A program made the translations under genes and the position numbers. DNA of 64,000 bases from Carpediemonas membranifera BICM. Lineage: Eukaryota > Protista > Fornicata. The notes beneath the pieces were generated by a model. The model saw nothing but the letters and a program-made list of their open reading frames with translations. It did no database searches and was not told where the DNA came from. Every line of letters starts with the position of its first letter. The first letter of the stretch is position 1. The DNA lies in assembly GCA_019828565.1 (NCBI GenBank), contig JAHDYR010000038.1, positions 636,735 to 700,734 on the forward strand. Direction: 5' to 3'. This document shows, piece by piece, positions 54,243 to 64,000 of the stretch.

Positions 54243-54497
54243 TTCTTTCTAACCCAATTGTATCGTTTTAGATTCGGGCCGTTTTCTTCTTGGAAACCGC
54301 CCCTGACATGTTGCGAATCTATCCAACCATCGCGTAAAGAGTCAACGATGGTCAAGATGAACAATAAAACGCGGGGAAAGCGAAGAGTGCCAGGGGTGGA
54401 GAAGTTGGGGTGCGCCAACGGTGAGCATATGTCTTCACACGGCGACTATTTCTGAGTGATTCCCCGAGTCTTAACCTGCAAGTCAGTGATCGAACAT

Positions 54498-55673
54498 TTA
54501 ATTTGTCTCGTAAATATTGTCCCAATGCGCTTCATCGACGCCTTGAACCAGACGGGCCTCATCAAAGCCGAGCTGGGGGCTGATCGCCGAGGCCGAGACG
54601 GTGCCATCAGCCGACTCGGGCTTAGTGCACTTGCCCAGAATATCGCAAATGGCTGCAAAGCTAGCCGGTTTCTCAGCCGGACTGACGCACGCAGCAACAG
54701 CAGCAGCGAGCTCGGCGGGGCACCCATTCGGGGCGGGGATCTGCATGTCGACTGAGTCATAAGGAGTCGGCCGTCTGTGGACTATGCGCCACAGGAGTCG
54801 GCCAAACATATTAAGGTCGTATGCAGCCAAGTCCTCGATGTCACCGGGGTTGTCGGTCCCGAAATAGTCGATCTTGGCGTGATCGTTGAAGACAAGGATG
54901 GTGGTCCCGCAGAGGTTGCCGTGGGTCAACCCCTGGGCGTGCGCCTGGGCCATCGTCGTGGCTACGTCCCGGGCCATCTGGAGGCGGGTCTCCCAGGCCC
55001 ACTTCGCGTGGCTGTTGGTGAGGTGGAACTCCAGCTCTCGGGTGGGCCGCTCCCTGAATATGAACTGGAACTGCTTGTTCCGCATGTATCCATACAGACG
55101 GCAAACACCAGTGATGTTTGCCGCGTGCTGGGCTTCGGCAGCTGCGAGAGCTGCGTCGGCGCCACGCAGATGGTCTTCCGAGTCGATCATATGTGCGAGG
55201 ACGCGGGCCCTCTTCTTGAGGACGGTCACCCGACCGTAATAGACTTCGTTGTGGTTGAACGGGACAACTACAATGTTGTTGTTGTACCCAGATACATCGA
55301 TGCGTCTCTCGACATGGACCTGGTCGTCTGTGAGTCGAACAAGCGGTTTCCCGTCGGGGTTGGGTGGGACCATGACGGCCTCGTCCTTCGGCACGATGTC
55401 GATGAATGATTCCTTGATTATGAGGAGGAGGAGGAGTGCGATGGCAACAAGGATGAGTATGGAAAGGAACAAGACGACGGATATCTACGTAAATGACAAT
55501 GTGCCTGCGCAACTATGATCAGAAAGAAGTCGCTGCAGGATTGGAGAACTAACCATGGTCAAGAGAGCGAAACCAATGATAACGGCATAGACGACGATGA
55601 CAATACCAATGATAATGGGCGACGACTCTGCAGTGAGCAAAGATGGCTTCAATAGCAAGAGGTTTGAGAGCAT
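54498..55673 (-). CDS. Membrane-anchored TKL-like pseudokinase A; probable intron 55485-55553
   Basis: Hydrophobic N-terminus joined in frame by a 69-nt GTTAGT..TAG intron. WETRLQMARDVA, HGNL in place of HRDL, DYFG, FG.LLW, CP.EL. Confidence 0.75.
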
Positions 55674-56699
55674 TGTCCAAATTCGAGCCCACATTTGCTG
55701 GTTGCTCCCGATTTGACGACAGCAACATTTCCGCCGAAATCGCGCAGACATGTCTGGAAGACGATGAAGCCACGCCCGTATCCCCAAGTCTGGACCGCGT
55801 CACCCGTTGTCGCTTGTCCCAGTCCACTCTGGACATGCCACCCATGTCCAGGACGTATGGCGCTCAGAAACTGGTGTCCGAGGGCGTGATCCTGCCATTG
55901 GAGCATTGGATCTCCAAACAACCAGAGACGAGGGTTACATCTGCCGCTGTTCTCCATCCATGGCATCCATTCATTTGGGTGTGTGAAAGCTTGGCCAAAT
56001 TGCTTGCGGCGACGTAGCTGTACGCGTATTCTGGGAAGAAACATTTCACTCATCTGCAAGAACTATTTTATGGCCACATTACATTGTGAGAGGCTCGGGA
56101 GCAACTGGCAAGGTATGATAGGGAAGCTCACGTTCGGGAGCTTTGCCGCGCGTACCATGCGGGGCTGCAGACGGACTTGTACCTTGGTTTCCCATCTCTG
56201 TGCTTTCTTTGAGGCTCGTTTGCTGTTATGACCGAGCAGCTTAAGACCAAGCGTGGTCGCGAGAACAACCGAGATACGCAGTAGTTGAAACGTCACACCG
56301 ATTCAGTCTGATTCTGCTGGGTACTTCAGAACAAGGAGATGGCGAAGTCCCCCGCCCGCGGCGAACACATCCACCAGTCACCCGGGAGAAAGGGCGATCT
56401 GGCGCAGACGCACTTCGACACCCTTCAAAGCACTGTGTCTGAGCCGTTATCCTAAGCTGTGCACGCCTCAGACAACCTGACTGGGGATCTTTGATCGCAC
56501 GACCTCGGGGCGGTCAACCTGAGGCCACCGAGGCGACAAGTTGGGGCGATGGAAGGTGATGGCCGCGATATTAGCCATACGTTGGCATGAATAGATTCAC
56601 AGCCCGTTTCCGGCATCTAATCAAATGATTAGGAGTTTTTGTGGATTTTCTGGCAGGGCGTAATTAGTTTGGCGCTGCTGGCTGCTCTCTTGTCATATA

Positions 56700-58373
56700 A
56701 TGCTTACAAAACGAAATGCGACGATACATCTTGATGTATCAGGCCGAGAATGTCTTTCTTTCAGCGGTCTTCTCTCCTCAGTACCAGTTGTCCTAGATTA
56801 TTCCGACCTCGATGCACCAAAAGCGATAGGATATGGACCTGGCTTCCTTCTAGACTCAAAGCAGCAGTATTTCTTTCAAATGGGCGTTGGAATGCCGTAT
56901 CGTCCCCACAAGGTCCCATCGATCACGCGTTCAAAACGGGAATCATCCCTTACCGTCACGTATTCGTCTGACGCTGCGGCAGTGACCATTGTAGTGCACT
57001 GCAGTTCTAATGACGACGCTTTGCCGATGACTCTCATCCAGTTTCTCCGGAATGTCTCGTCAACCCGGGCCCGGTGGACACCAATCACAGAGGCTGAAGC
57101 AGACGCCCTCGTCCTCCCCAGCCCCGCCATTGAGCCGCTTTCGATGACCCCAGTCGCACCAGCCGGCGTGAGTCTGGCCCGGGACATTGAGCCCCTCTCC
57201 CACCCCAGATCGCCTAGATCGGGCCCGATAGCCCTCCACCTGCCCCCCTCGGCCTCCCCAATCATACCCAACATGCCCAAGGGCCGGCTGTTCGGTCGGA
57301 TCGCCCAAGACCTGGCTGCCTCTGACACCAGGGCTCCTGGGATCGGACTGGTCAACCTTGGCAACACGTGCTACGCCTCCAGCGCCCTCCAGCTGCTCTT
57401 CTCTATGCCTCCGTTCGCGGAGTCACTCCTCAGCCACCTTCCCGGTCCCGGGGGAGTCCACGGGCCGAAGGAAGCCCTGGCCGCCGAGTTTGTCCGCTTG
57501 TCCGTCCGTTCGATCCGTGGAGTCTCAGGCCCCGGCGACCTCGACTCACCCATCAGGATCATGAGCCAGCTCTCTGAGCTTTCCGGCACTTCTTGGCGAC
57601 CCGGTCCGACTCAGGACAGTCACGAGTTCCTCACGTGCCTCCTCCAGCACCTACACTTCCACGACACGCCAGGAGGTCGGGCATGCTCGGTCTGCTCGCT
57701 CTTCGGGGTCGACCTGTGCACTTATAAGGAGTGCCACCGGTGTGGGGCGAGGCTCGAGCTCCCAGGCTACAGCGACGCCTCGCTCACGGTCAGACCGGTC
57801 GAGGGGGCGCGGATTTCTGACCTCCTGGCCACTGAGATGAAAGGTGAGACTATCACGGCCGGGTGCGACTATTGCACTGCGAGGAAGACCCGCCTTTCAA
57901 GGGGACTGAGAGTTCTTCCCCCAGTGCTCTTCGTGCACGTGTCGAGGATGGGACTGCACGGTAAGGACTCGTCGACTGTGATTGTCGATGATGAACTCAA
58001 CTTCCCAGGGTCTCCGGCAGAGATTCCGGATTGCCGCGCGGCGACGAGCGTGCTCAGGCGAGTGATGGCGGTGAAGGGTGCAAATCTTGAAGAAGAAATA
58101 CTCGACTCCGACGAATCGGATATGGAAATCGACTCTGCAGTCGAGTCGGATCCTGAGATCTCAACTGATAGACCAGACGCCACAGTCCGCCCAGGCACGT
58201 ACACACTTCACGGCATGGTGTGTCACACCGGTGACCCATTCCGTGGACACTATACTGCATATGTGAAAACTCCTACGGGCTGGGTACAGTATAATGACCA
58301 GCAGCGGTCTTTGGTGGCACCGCGGGCAACTGGGAAGCAGGTGAGTATCTGCATGTACAGGCTCATCGGGTGA
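56700..58373 (+). CDS. Ubiquitin-specific protease (peptidase C19)
   Basis: Cys box GLVNLGNTCY, QDSHEFL, His box HTG...GHYTAYV...WVQYND. Confidence 0.93.
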   Translation: MLTKRNATIHLDVSGRECLSFSGLLSSVPVVLDYSDLDAPKAIGYGPGFLLDSKQQYFFQMGVGMPYRPHKVPSITRSKRESSLTVTYSSDAAAVTIVVHCSSNDDALPMTLIQFLRNVSSTRARWTPITEAEADALVLPSPAIEPLSMTPVAPAGVSLARDIEPLSHPRSPRSGPIALHLPPSASPIIPNMPKGRLFGRIAQDLAASDTRAPGIGLVNLGNTCYASSALQLLFSMPPFAESLLSHLPGPGGVHGPKEALAAEFVRLSVRSIRGVSGPGDLDSPIRIMSQLSELSGTSWRPGPTQDSHEFLTCLLQHLHFHDTPGGRACSVCSLFGVDLCTYKECHRCGARLELPGYSDASLTVRPVEGARISDLLATEMKGETITAGCDYCTARKTRLSRGLRVLPPVLFVHVSRMGLHGKDSSTVIVDDELNFPGSPAEIPDCRAATSVLRRVMAVKGANLEEEILDSDESDMEIDSAVESDPEISTDRPDATVRPGTYTLHGMVCHTGDPFRGHYTAYVKTPTGWVQYNDQQRSLVAPRATGKQVSICMYRLIG

Positions 58374-58634
58374 GTGTTTAGCTTTCTTTCTTGATGTTTT
58401 TACTGACGGTCCTTGGCTCAGCAGGTAAATGTTAATCCGGGTGATGTCGATGGGCTCAGGTTCTTTCAATGCTGGGTCACCCAGAGTGGGCACCGCAGTG
58501 AGTTTTTTGGTCGTGGCCATCAACGTCTTGCTGAGCCATTTCAAGATGCAGTCAAAGGCTCGAGCCAAGCCGTACTCTGCGCGGCTGGGAATCATCATCC
58601 GCGCAGTGATTCAGTCATTTTTTCGCGATATTCT

Positions 58635-58668
58635 TGTGCTATTGAAGGGTCAAACAATGTGTTTACAC
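58635..58668. repeat. 34-bp dispersed repeat, reverse complement of 19133-19166
   Basis: TGTGCTATTGAAGGGTCAAACAATGTGTTTACAC, exact match. Confidence 0.9.
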
Positions 58669-58806
58669 AGGAGGTTTAGACCCGTGGTGGTGTAAATGGT
58701 CCAAACTAGGGGATTTGAATGCATCAATTCTGCCATCGTAATATTCTTCTTATTCTGCACATCGCTGGTCACGCTTTCTCCCGTCTCCTGAGCCATCCCG
58801 CCTGTG

Positions 58807-60198
58807 ATGTCCGCGCTAACAGTTTATGATGAGTTGCTTGGCGACTACTTGTACCTATTTTCTCTTTTCTTTGGCGCAGTCAGCTTTTTCGTGTTCCTCC
58901 CCTTCGGCCTGAGCCGAAAAACACGCACCAACGCCATTTTGACGATTATTTTCTCACTATTTGGCTATGTGATCACGCTAGTTGTTCAGATAGCCACCAT
59001 CTTCATTCGTGTCGTTATTTTGGACGGCAAGTCCATGATTTTGCTCGGCTACCTTCTCACAGCCGCGACGACGCTTCTCCTCTTCCTCCCCATGTGCCCT
59101 CTGATCCACACTCTCATTAGCTACACCCTAGTTCGACGCTCGGTCAAGCTTCCCTTTTCGAACCTCTTCATCACCGCTTCCATTGTCATTCTCATCCATG
59201 CCTTCGCCGTCCTTCAGCCCCTCCCTATCTTCATCAACCCCCACAGCGACACCTTCGCTTTCTGGAGTCCGTTTGAGTCCACCGAGCTCGGCTTTGCGGC
59301 GAACTACACGTACATGGCCATCGTCATTCCACGCTTCGTCCTCTACCTCTTTTGGGGCCTGCTTGTAATGATCAGCTACTACATCAAATGCGAGGTGGCC
59401 GGCCAGATCTCGATGATGACCTTCTCATTCGCCCTCATGACTGTGCTGTGCCTCTACCCCCATGATGTGTCCTTGCATGACTCGACCTGGCTCGCGAGGA
59501 CGGGGCAGGTGGTCAAGCCGACTGTCATGTCGTTCTTGCCGTTTGGGACGGTAATTGTCATGCTAACGTCGCCCATGATGGTCTTCCCCCGCACTCTCCG
59601 CGATGTGCTTAGCACCAAGTCGGGCTGCATGTTCTTACTTGAGTATCTCAAGAGCGAGTATGCAAGTGAGAACCTGGCCTTCGTGCTCGCAGTGCGGCGA
59701 GCCATTGAGTTCTCCAGACATAGCCCGTTCCATTCTCTTCTCTTCCTCAGGGAACTCGAGACAACGTTCATGGAAGAGACCAGTAATTGCTGGGTCAACC
59801 TCGCGGGTGAAGTCGCAGCTCCAATCAGGATTGCGATCAGCAAGGCAAGAGACGACGAAGTGACGCCCGCCTGGATCGATCAGGTCTTCGCTAAGGCAGT
59901 TTTGGACGTCCAGCTGATTATGGAGGGCTCGCTGCCAAGATTCATCGCCCACACAAGTTACAGTGATTATCTCAAGCAGATTCAAACGTATCAGGAGCTC
60001 GACTTTGGCAGCAGTCTGCTCGGCGTGATGCTTGGTTTCATCATCCCTAAGCGAGATGGCCGGGGCGACCTTGTTGTGGGCGAGATCCCCGATTTGTGGG
60101 AGTCGGTCAAGCAGCAGTTTAACGCAGGGGCCAACCCACTCGTTCCTGGATCAGTTGGCGGACTCGGCCTCGAGGGGAAGACGGCAGGCCATCGCTGA
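58807..60198 (+). CDS. Multi-TM (about 7TM) RGS-domain protein
   Basis: About seven hydrophobic segments followed by the RGS box FLLEYLKSEYASENLAF...WVNL...FAKA...SLPRF. Confidence 0.85.
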   Translation: MSALTVYDELLGDYLYLFSLFFGAVSFFVFLPFGLSRKTRTNAILTIIFSLFGYVITLVVQIATIFIRVVILDGKSMILLGYLLTAATTLLLFLPMCPLIHTLISYTLVRRSVKLPFSNLFITASIVILIHAFAVLQPLPIFINPHSDTFAFWSPFESTELGFAANYTYMAIVIPRFVLYLFWGLLVMISYYIKCEVAGQISMMTFSFALMTVLCLYPHDVSLHDSTWLARTGQVVKPTVMSFLPFGTVIVMLTSPMMVFPRTLRDVLSTKSGCMFLLEYLKSEYASENLAFVLAVRRAIEFSRHSPFHSLLFLRELETTFMEETSNCWVNLAGEVAAPIRIAISKARDDEVTPAWIDQVFAKAVLDVQLIMEGSLPRFIAHTSYSDYLKQIQTYQELDFGSSLLGVMLGFIIPKRDGRGDLVVGEIPDLWESVKQQFNAGANPLVPGSVGGLGLEGKTAGHR

Positions 60199-60893
60199 TG
60201 AGTGAACATTGCACTACCTACATTGCTCAAGCTTAACAGTTTCTTTGGCGGCAAGTCTCGTGATCCACCTCGGTCTCCTCCCAGTGGAAGAAATGGAGTC
60301 AAGCAACCGTTAGGAGAACGATTTATGAGTGGGACAAGAGCCACGGGTTGAGCACGCCATGTTTCCTCAGAAAGAGCGTTCTGACAAAGAAAAAGTGGTA
60401 ATCATTGAAAACGAGGGAAACCGAACACAGTCAGAAGTCTTATAGGGGCAACGAGCTTCCAAAGGGCCCTACTCGCCGTTGCTTTGCTCCAGAGCAACTA
60501 ACAGCAATGGTCGCAACATCCTCTCCAAAGGTGCCCCTGCAACATCGCTCAGCCCACCGGCCTGGACGTCCTCAAGGTCCGCGCCTGGTTCCAAAACCGC
60601 TGAACACGTGGCAGGCGACTGCCCGCTGCTGACGCCCAGAGGGTCCTCGATGGAGTCTGTCTGTGAGGCTTATAGGGCCTCAACGCCATGCTCGGTGTGG
60701 CCAGACAGTATGCAGACTGTCTGCGGGCGGGCGGCATTTCTGACAAACCCCAGGGTGACACCATGCCTGACAGATTCGATATCCACTCTCAGATATCACT
60801 GCAATGATGCTGATGTAGGACGCGAGGTCTCGCATGAATACGATGGTTGGCCGTTGTCCCGATATCTTTGTTTTGCCAGATTTGCGCTCCCTC

Positions 60894-61962
60894 ATGGCTG
60901 ACTCGGGCCTCGTAACCTCTCTGCTCGCTCCTATGACGGCATCAGACAGCATGTTCACGCTTCTCCCTTTCGCCTTCGTGTTTATGCTGTTCGCCGTCTT
61001 CTTTGTCATGTTTATGGCCGTGACCGCAATGCTGTTCATTGGTCTTATCATCGCAACAGTTCTTGGCTTCTTCCTCTTCCGTTCCTTCGGCAGTCGCGGC
61101 GGCCCTGGTAAGCGAGAATGTCATGGGGCCGCCGAACCCAACTAATGCACCCCTGGTTCGTCTGTCCCGCGACCAGGCCAACGTCGTTCAACGCACCAGA
61201 CGCCACGGCGACCATATCCAGTTCGTGCCGTTCGAGGACAACGAGTGGTACCAGGGCCAGGTGAGCGCTGTTGGGAAGGCCGCCCGTGTCTTCTGTAACA
61301 ATCTTGGCAACGCCGACAAGGCCCTCGAGACCGTGCGTGCCCAGCACGCTGCCAACATCATCGGCATCTGCCGGGTGTACGGCTTCATGCGGGACAACCA
61401 ACACCAGTTCATCTTCAAGGAGAAGCCCACGCGGCCTCTCGAGAACATTCTTTCGGTCAAGATGCTCAAGTTCCACTGGGAGACCCGCCTCCAGATGGCC
61501 CGGGACGTAGCCACGACGATGGCCCAGGCGCACGCCCAGGGGTTGACCCACGGCAACCTCTGCGGGACCACCATCCTTGTCTTCAACGATCACGCCAAGA
61601 TCGACGACTTCGGACTCAATCCGGAGCCCGGAATCCAGGATCTCGCTGCTTACGACGTCGAGCAGTTCGGCCGCATGTTCTGGCGCGTCATGCACCGTCG
61701 CTCTCTGCCCTTTGACCCTGCCGACCTGATGATTCCCCCGCCCGAAGGCTGCCCTCCAGAGCTCCACGCCGCAGTCATGGCCTGCATCCGCAACCTCAAC
61801 AGCAGGCCCAACTTCGAAGCAGTTTGCAGGCTCCTCGGCTGCCCGACTAGACACCCTGGTGCAACCCCCTCTTCCCAGCAGGTAATGCCGCCCGCTGACG
61901 TGAACCAGGCCTGCAACTACACCCAGGGCACCGCTGCCCCGGGCTGGAACATGTACTCCTAA
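60894..61962 (+). CDS. Membrane-anchored TKL-like pseudokinase B; frame change near 61095-61115 between the TM part and kinase part
   Basis: Paralog of 54498..55673 (VMGPPNPTNAPLVRLSRDQ vs VMVPPNPDGKPLVRLTDDQ; HGNL; DDFG). Confidence 0.7.
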
Positions 61963-62047
61963 CGAACGTAAATCACTGTTCATAAATGACCTTGGGTTAG
62001 ATGTGGCCTCGAATCACGCGATATGTCACATTTACCTCTCAGTATAA

Positions 62048-63694
62048 TCAGTGCTCGCCGGCGAGCATGTCGGCGAGGTCGCCCTTGGCGTCCTTGTTGT
62101 TCGTGGGCTTCAGGGCGAACTTGTCGGCCAGCACGGCGAGGGCGTCGGGGGTCAGGAAGCGGGGCAGCGAGGGGCCGAGGCGGATGTTGCGGATGCCCAG
62201 GTGGAGCAGCGTCAGCAGCACGGCGACGGCCTTCTGCTCGAACCAGCTCACGCACAGCGAGAGCGGCAGGTCATTGACGGCGAGCCCGGTGGCCTCGGAA
62301 AGGGCGACCGCGATCTTGATGGCGCTGAAGACGTCGTTGCACTGGCCGACGTCGAGCAGGCGCGGGATGCCCTCGATGTCGCCGTAGTCCTTGACCCGGT
62401 TGATGCGGAAGCGACCGCAGGCGCCGGTCAGGATCAGGCAGTCGTCGGGGATGGCCTCGGCGAGGTCCGAGAAGTAGTTGCGGCCGGGCGTGCTGCCGTC
62501 GCAGCCGCCGATGAAGAAGATGTGGCGCAGCTTGCCCGCGCCGATTAGCTCAAGGACCTTGCCCGCGTGGCTCAGCACCTCGGCGTGCATCGCGCCGACG
62601 AGCAGGGGCGACTCGGCGTTGGCGGCCTCGACTTCGGCCTTGGTGTAGCCGGGCGCCTTGAGCGCGGCCGCGATGACGGGCTTGAACTCGCCGTTCGTGA
62701 CGTGGGTCAGGCCCGGGAAGCCGACGCGGCCGGTCGTGAACACGCGGTGCTTGTAGTCCTCGCGCGGGGGCATGATGCAGTTCGTCGTGAAGAGCACGGG
62801 GCCGGGGAAGAGCGGGAACTCCTTGCGCTGGTTGCGCCACGACGTGCCGTAGTTGCCGACGAGGCACTTGTACTTGCGCAGGGCGGGGTAGGCGTGGGCG
62901 GGGATCATCTCGCCGTGGGTGAATACGTTCACGCCGCGCGCCTCGCACTGCTCGAGCAGCTTGTGGAGGTCGTCCATGTCGTGGCCCGTGATGAGGATGC
63001 ACTTGCCCTCGACGGGCCGGGTGTTGACGGGCGCGAAGCTGGGCTGGCCGAGCGCCGCGTTGTGCGCCTTGTCGAGCGCGGCCATGATGCCGAAGTTGGC
63101 CTCGCCGACCTTGAGCGTGAGGCCGAGGAGCGCGTCGACGGAGAGGTCGTCCTTGTTGAGCTCGGCCATCGCCTCGACGTTCATCCACGTCTCCTTGCGC
63201 ACGGGGTCGAGGCCCTCGAGCACGAAGACGTGGTCCGCGTAGGCGGCGGCGCCGCGGATGCCGTAGACAACGGTCTCGCGGAGGCCGGCGACGGTCTCGC
63301 CGAACTTGTGGATGCGGTGGGCGAGCCCGTAGTCCTTGAGGGTCGCGACGGCCTCAGCGGCGGACTTGTTGACGCCGTTGACGCCGAGGGCGGTCAGCTC
63401 GGCGGTGAGGTCCTCGGCGTAGCGCATGAGGGCGTCGTCGTCGAAGTTGACGTTGGTGAGCGTCGTGAACATCGCGCGGTTGAACAGAACGAGCTGTTCG
63501 TCGGTGACATTGGCGCGGTCCTGCACGGCTGCGTCCGCGAGCTGCATGCAGAGCCACGTGATGTGGTCCTGGATGGCGGTTGTTTCGGGGCTCTTGCTGC
63601 AGACGCCCTTGAACGTGTTGCAGCCGGGGCCGCGCGCTTGCTCGCACTGGTAGCAAGCGGATGCGTTGTTGTCGAGAAGCTTTTCGATCTCCAT
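62048..63694 (-). CDS. hcp: Hybrid cluster protein (prismane; hydroxylamine/NO reductase)
   Basis: CYQCEQ...GC...GVC Fe-S motif, TLTNVNFD, ILITGHD, FTHGEM, TTNC, GGCDG, GQCND and SWFEQKA. Confidence 0.97.
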   Translation of the reverse strand: MEIEKLLDNNASACYQCEQARGPGCNTFKGVCSKSPETTAIQDHITWLCMQLADAAVQDRANVTDEQLVLFNRAMFTTLTNVNFDDDALMRYAEDLTAELTALGVNGVNKSAAEAVATLKDYGLAHRIHKFGETVAGLRETVVYGIRGAAAYADHVFVLEGLDPVRKETWMNVEAMAELNKDDLSVDALLGLTLKVGEANFGIMAALDKAHNAALGQPSFAPVNTRPVEGKCILITGHDMDDLHKLLEQCEARGVNVFTHGEMIPAHAYPALRKYKCLVGNYGTSWRNQRKEFPLFPGPVLFTTNCIMPPREDYKHRVFTTGRVGFPGLTHVTNGEFKPVIAAALKAPGYTKAEVEAANAESPLLVGAMHAEVLSHAGKVLELIGAGKLRHIFFIGGCDGSTPGRNYFSDLAEAIPDDCLILTGACGRFRINRVKDYGDIEGIPRLLDVGQCNDVFSAIKIAVALSEATGLAVNDLPLSLCVSWFEQKAVAVLLTLLHLGIRNIRLGPSLPRFLTPDALAVLADKFALKPTNNKDAKGDLADMLAGEH

Positions 63695-64000
63695 GAACTT
63701 TTTGTCTTCGTTCTACTGAGGGCAGTAGCAGATACGGCGACTTCGGGAGATTCAATCAGATCGGTTGTGGACCCTAATGCGCATCGGGTCGGCTACGGGT
63801 CAGGGGAGGCCAGCCGATCGCTCCAGAAGGTGCCCCAGAGGTCTGCTGGTGGCAACCGACCGCTCCTGTATGTGCCATCGCCATCGGCTGTCACCTCGCG
63901 TTGCCGCGACCCGCTTGCCCAGGCATGCCACAGAGCTTACTGACCGGCTCCAACGCCCGGAATGTGGGGCCACGAGCCCGTCAACGGTAGTCCGGAATGC

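Noticed and set aside
62567-63943. 458-aa plus-strand ORF and similar antisense ORFs (e.g. 9532..10257, 61048..61983)
   Set aside because: Shadows of GC3-rich genes on the opposite strand; no motifs.

Overview
Gene-dense, GC-rich eukaryotic DNA in the standard genetic code, with very short GT-AG introns (mostly 28-34 nt). The gene content (hybrid-cluster protein, divergent Tim17, 7TM-RGS, Tctex dynein light chain) fits an anaerobic flagellate, possibly a Carpediemonas-like fornicate; that assignment is inference. About 30 protein genes are present, including a TAF9-like protein, Myb protein, bacterial-type ornithine decarboxylase, TBCC, kinesin-14, YIF1, Sec10, ABCA transporter, Tim17, amino-acid transporter, PocR hybrid histidine kinase, two DEDD exonucleases, alpha-amylase, USP and HCP. 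The main candidate system is a Fanzor1 (eukaryotic TnpB-like RNA-guided nuclease) locus at about 15.8-18.1 kb that the ORF track splits. It has a palindromic 5' intron, a 1-nt frameshift, all three RuvC acidic residues and a structured downstream omegaRNA-like region. A shortened copy of that RNA's ends lies upstream of the gene, followed by a sequence that matches the YIF1 promoter/5' leader exactly. A second highlight is a LEA-like gene missed by the ORF track, in which each 11-aa repeat is a 33-nt exon followed by an identical 29-nt intron. All family calls come from motif recognition by eye; no database searches were run.
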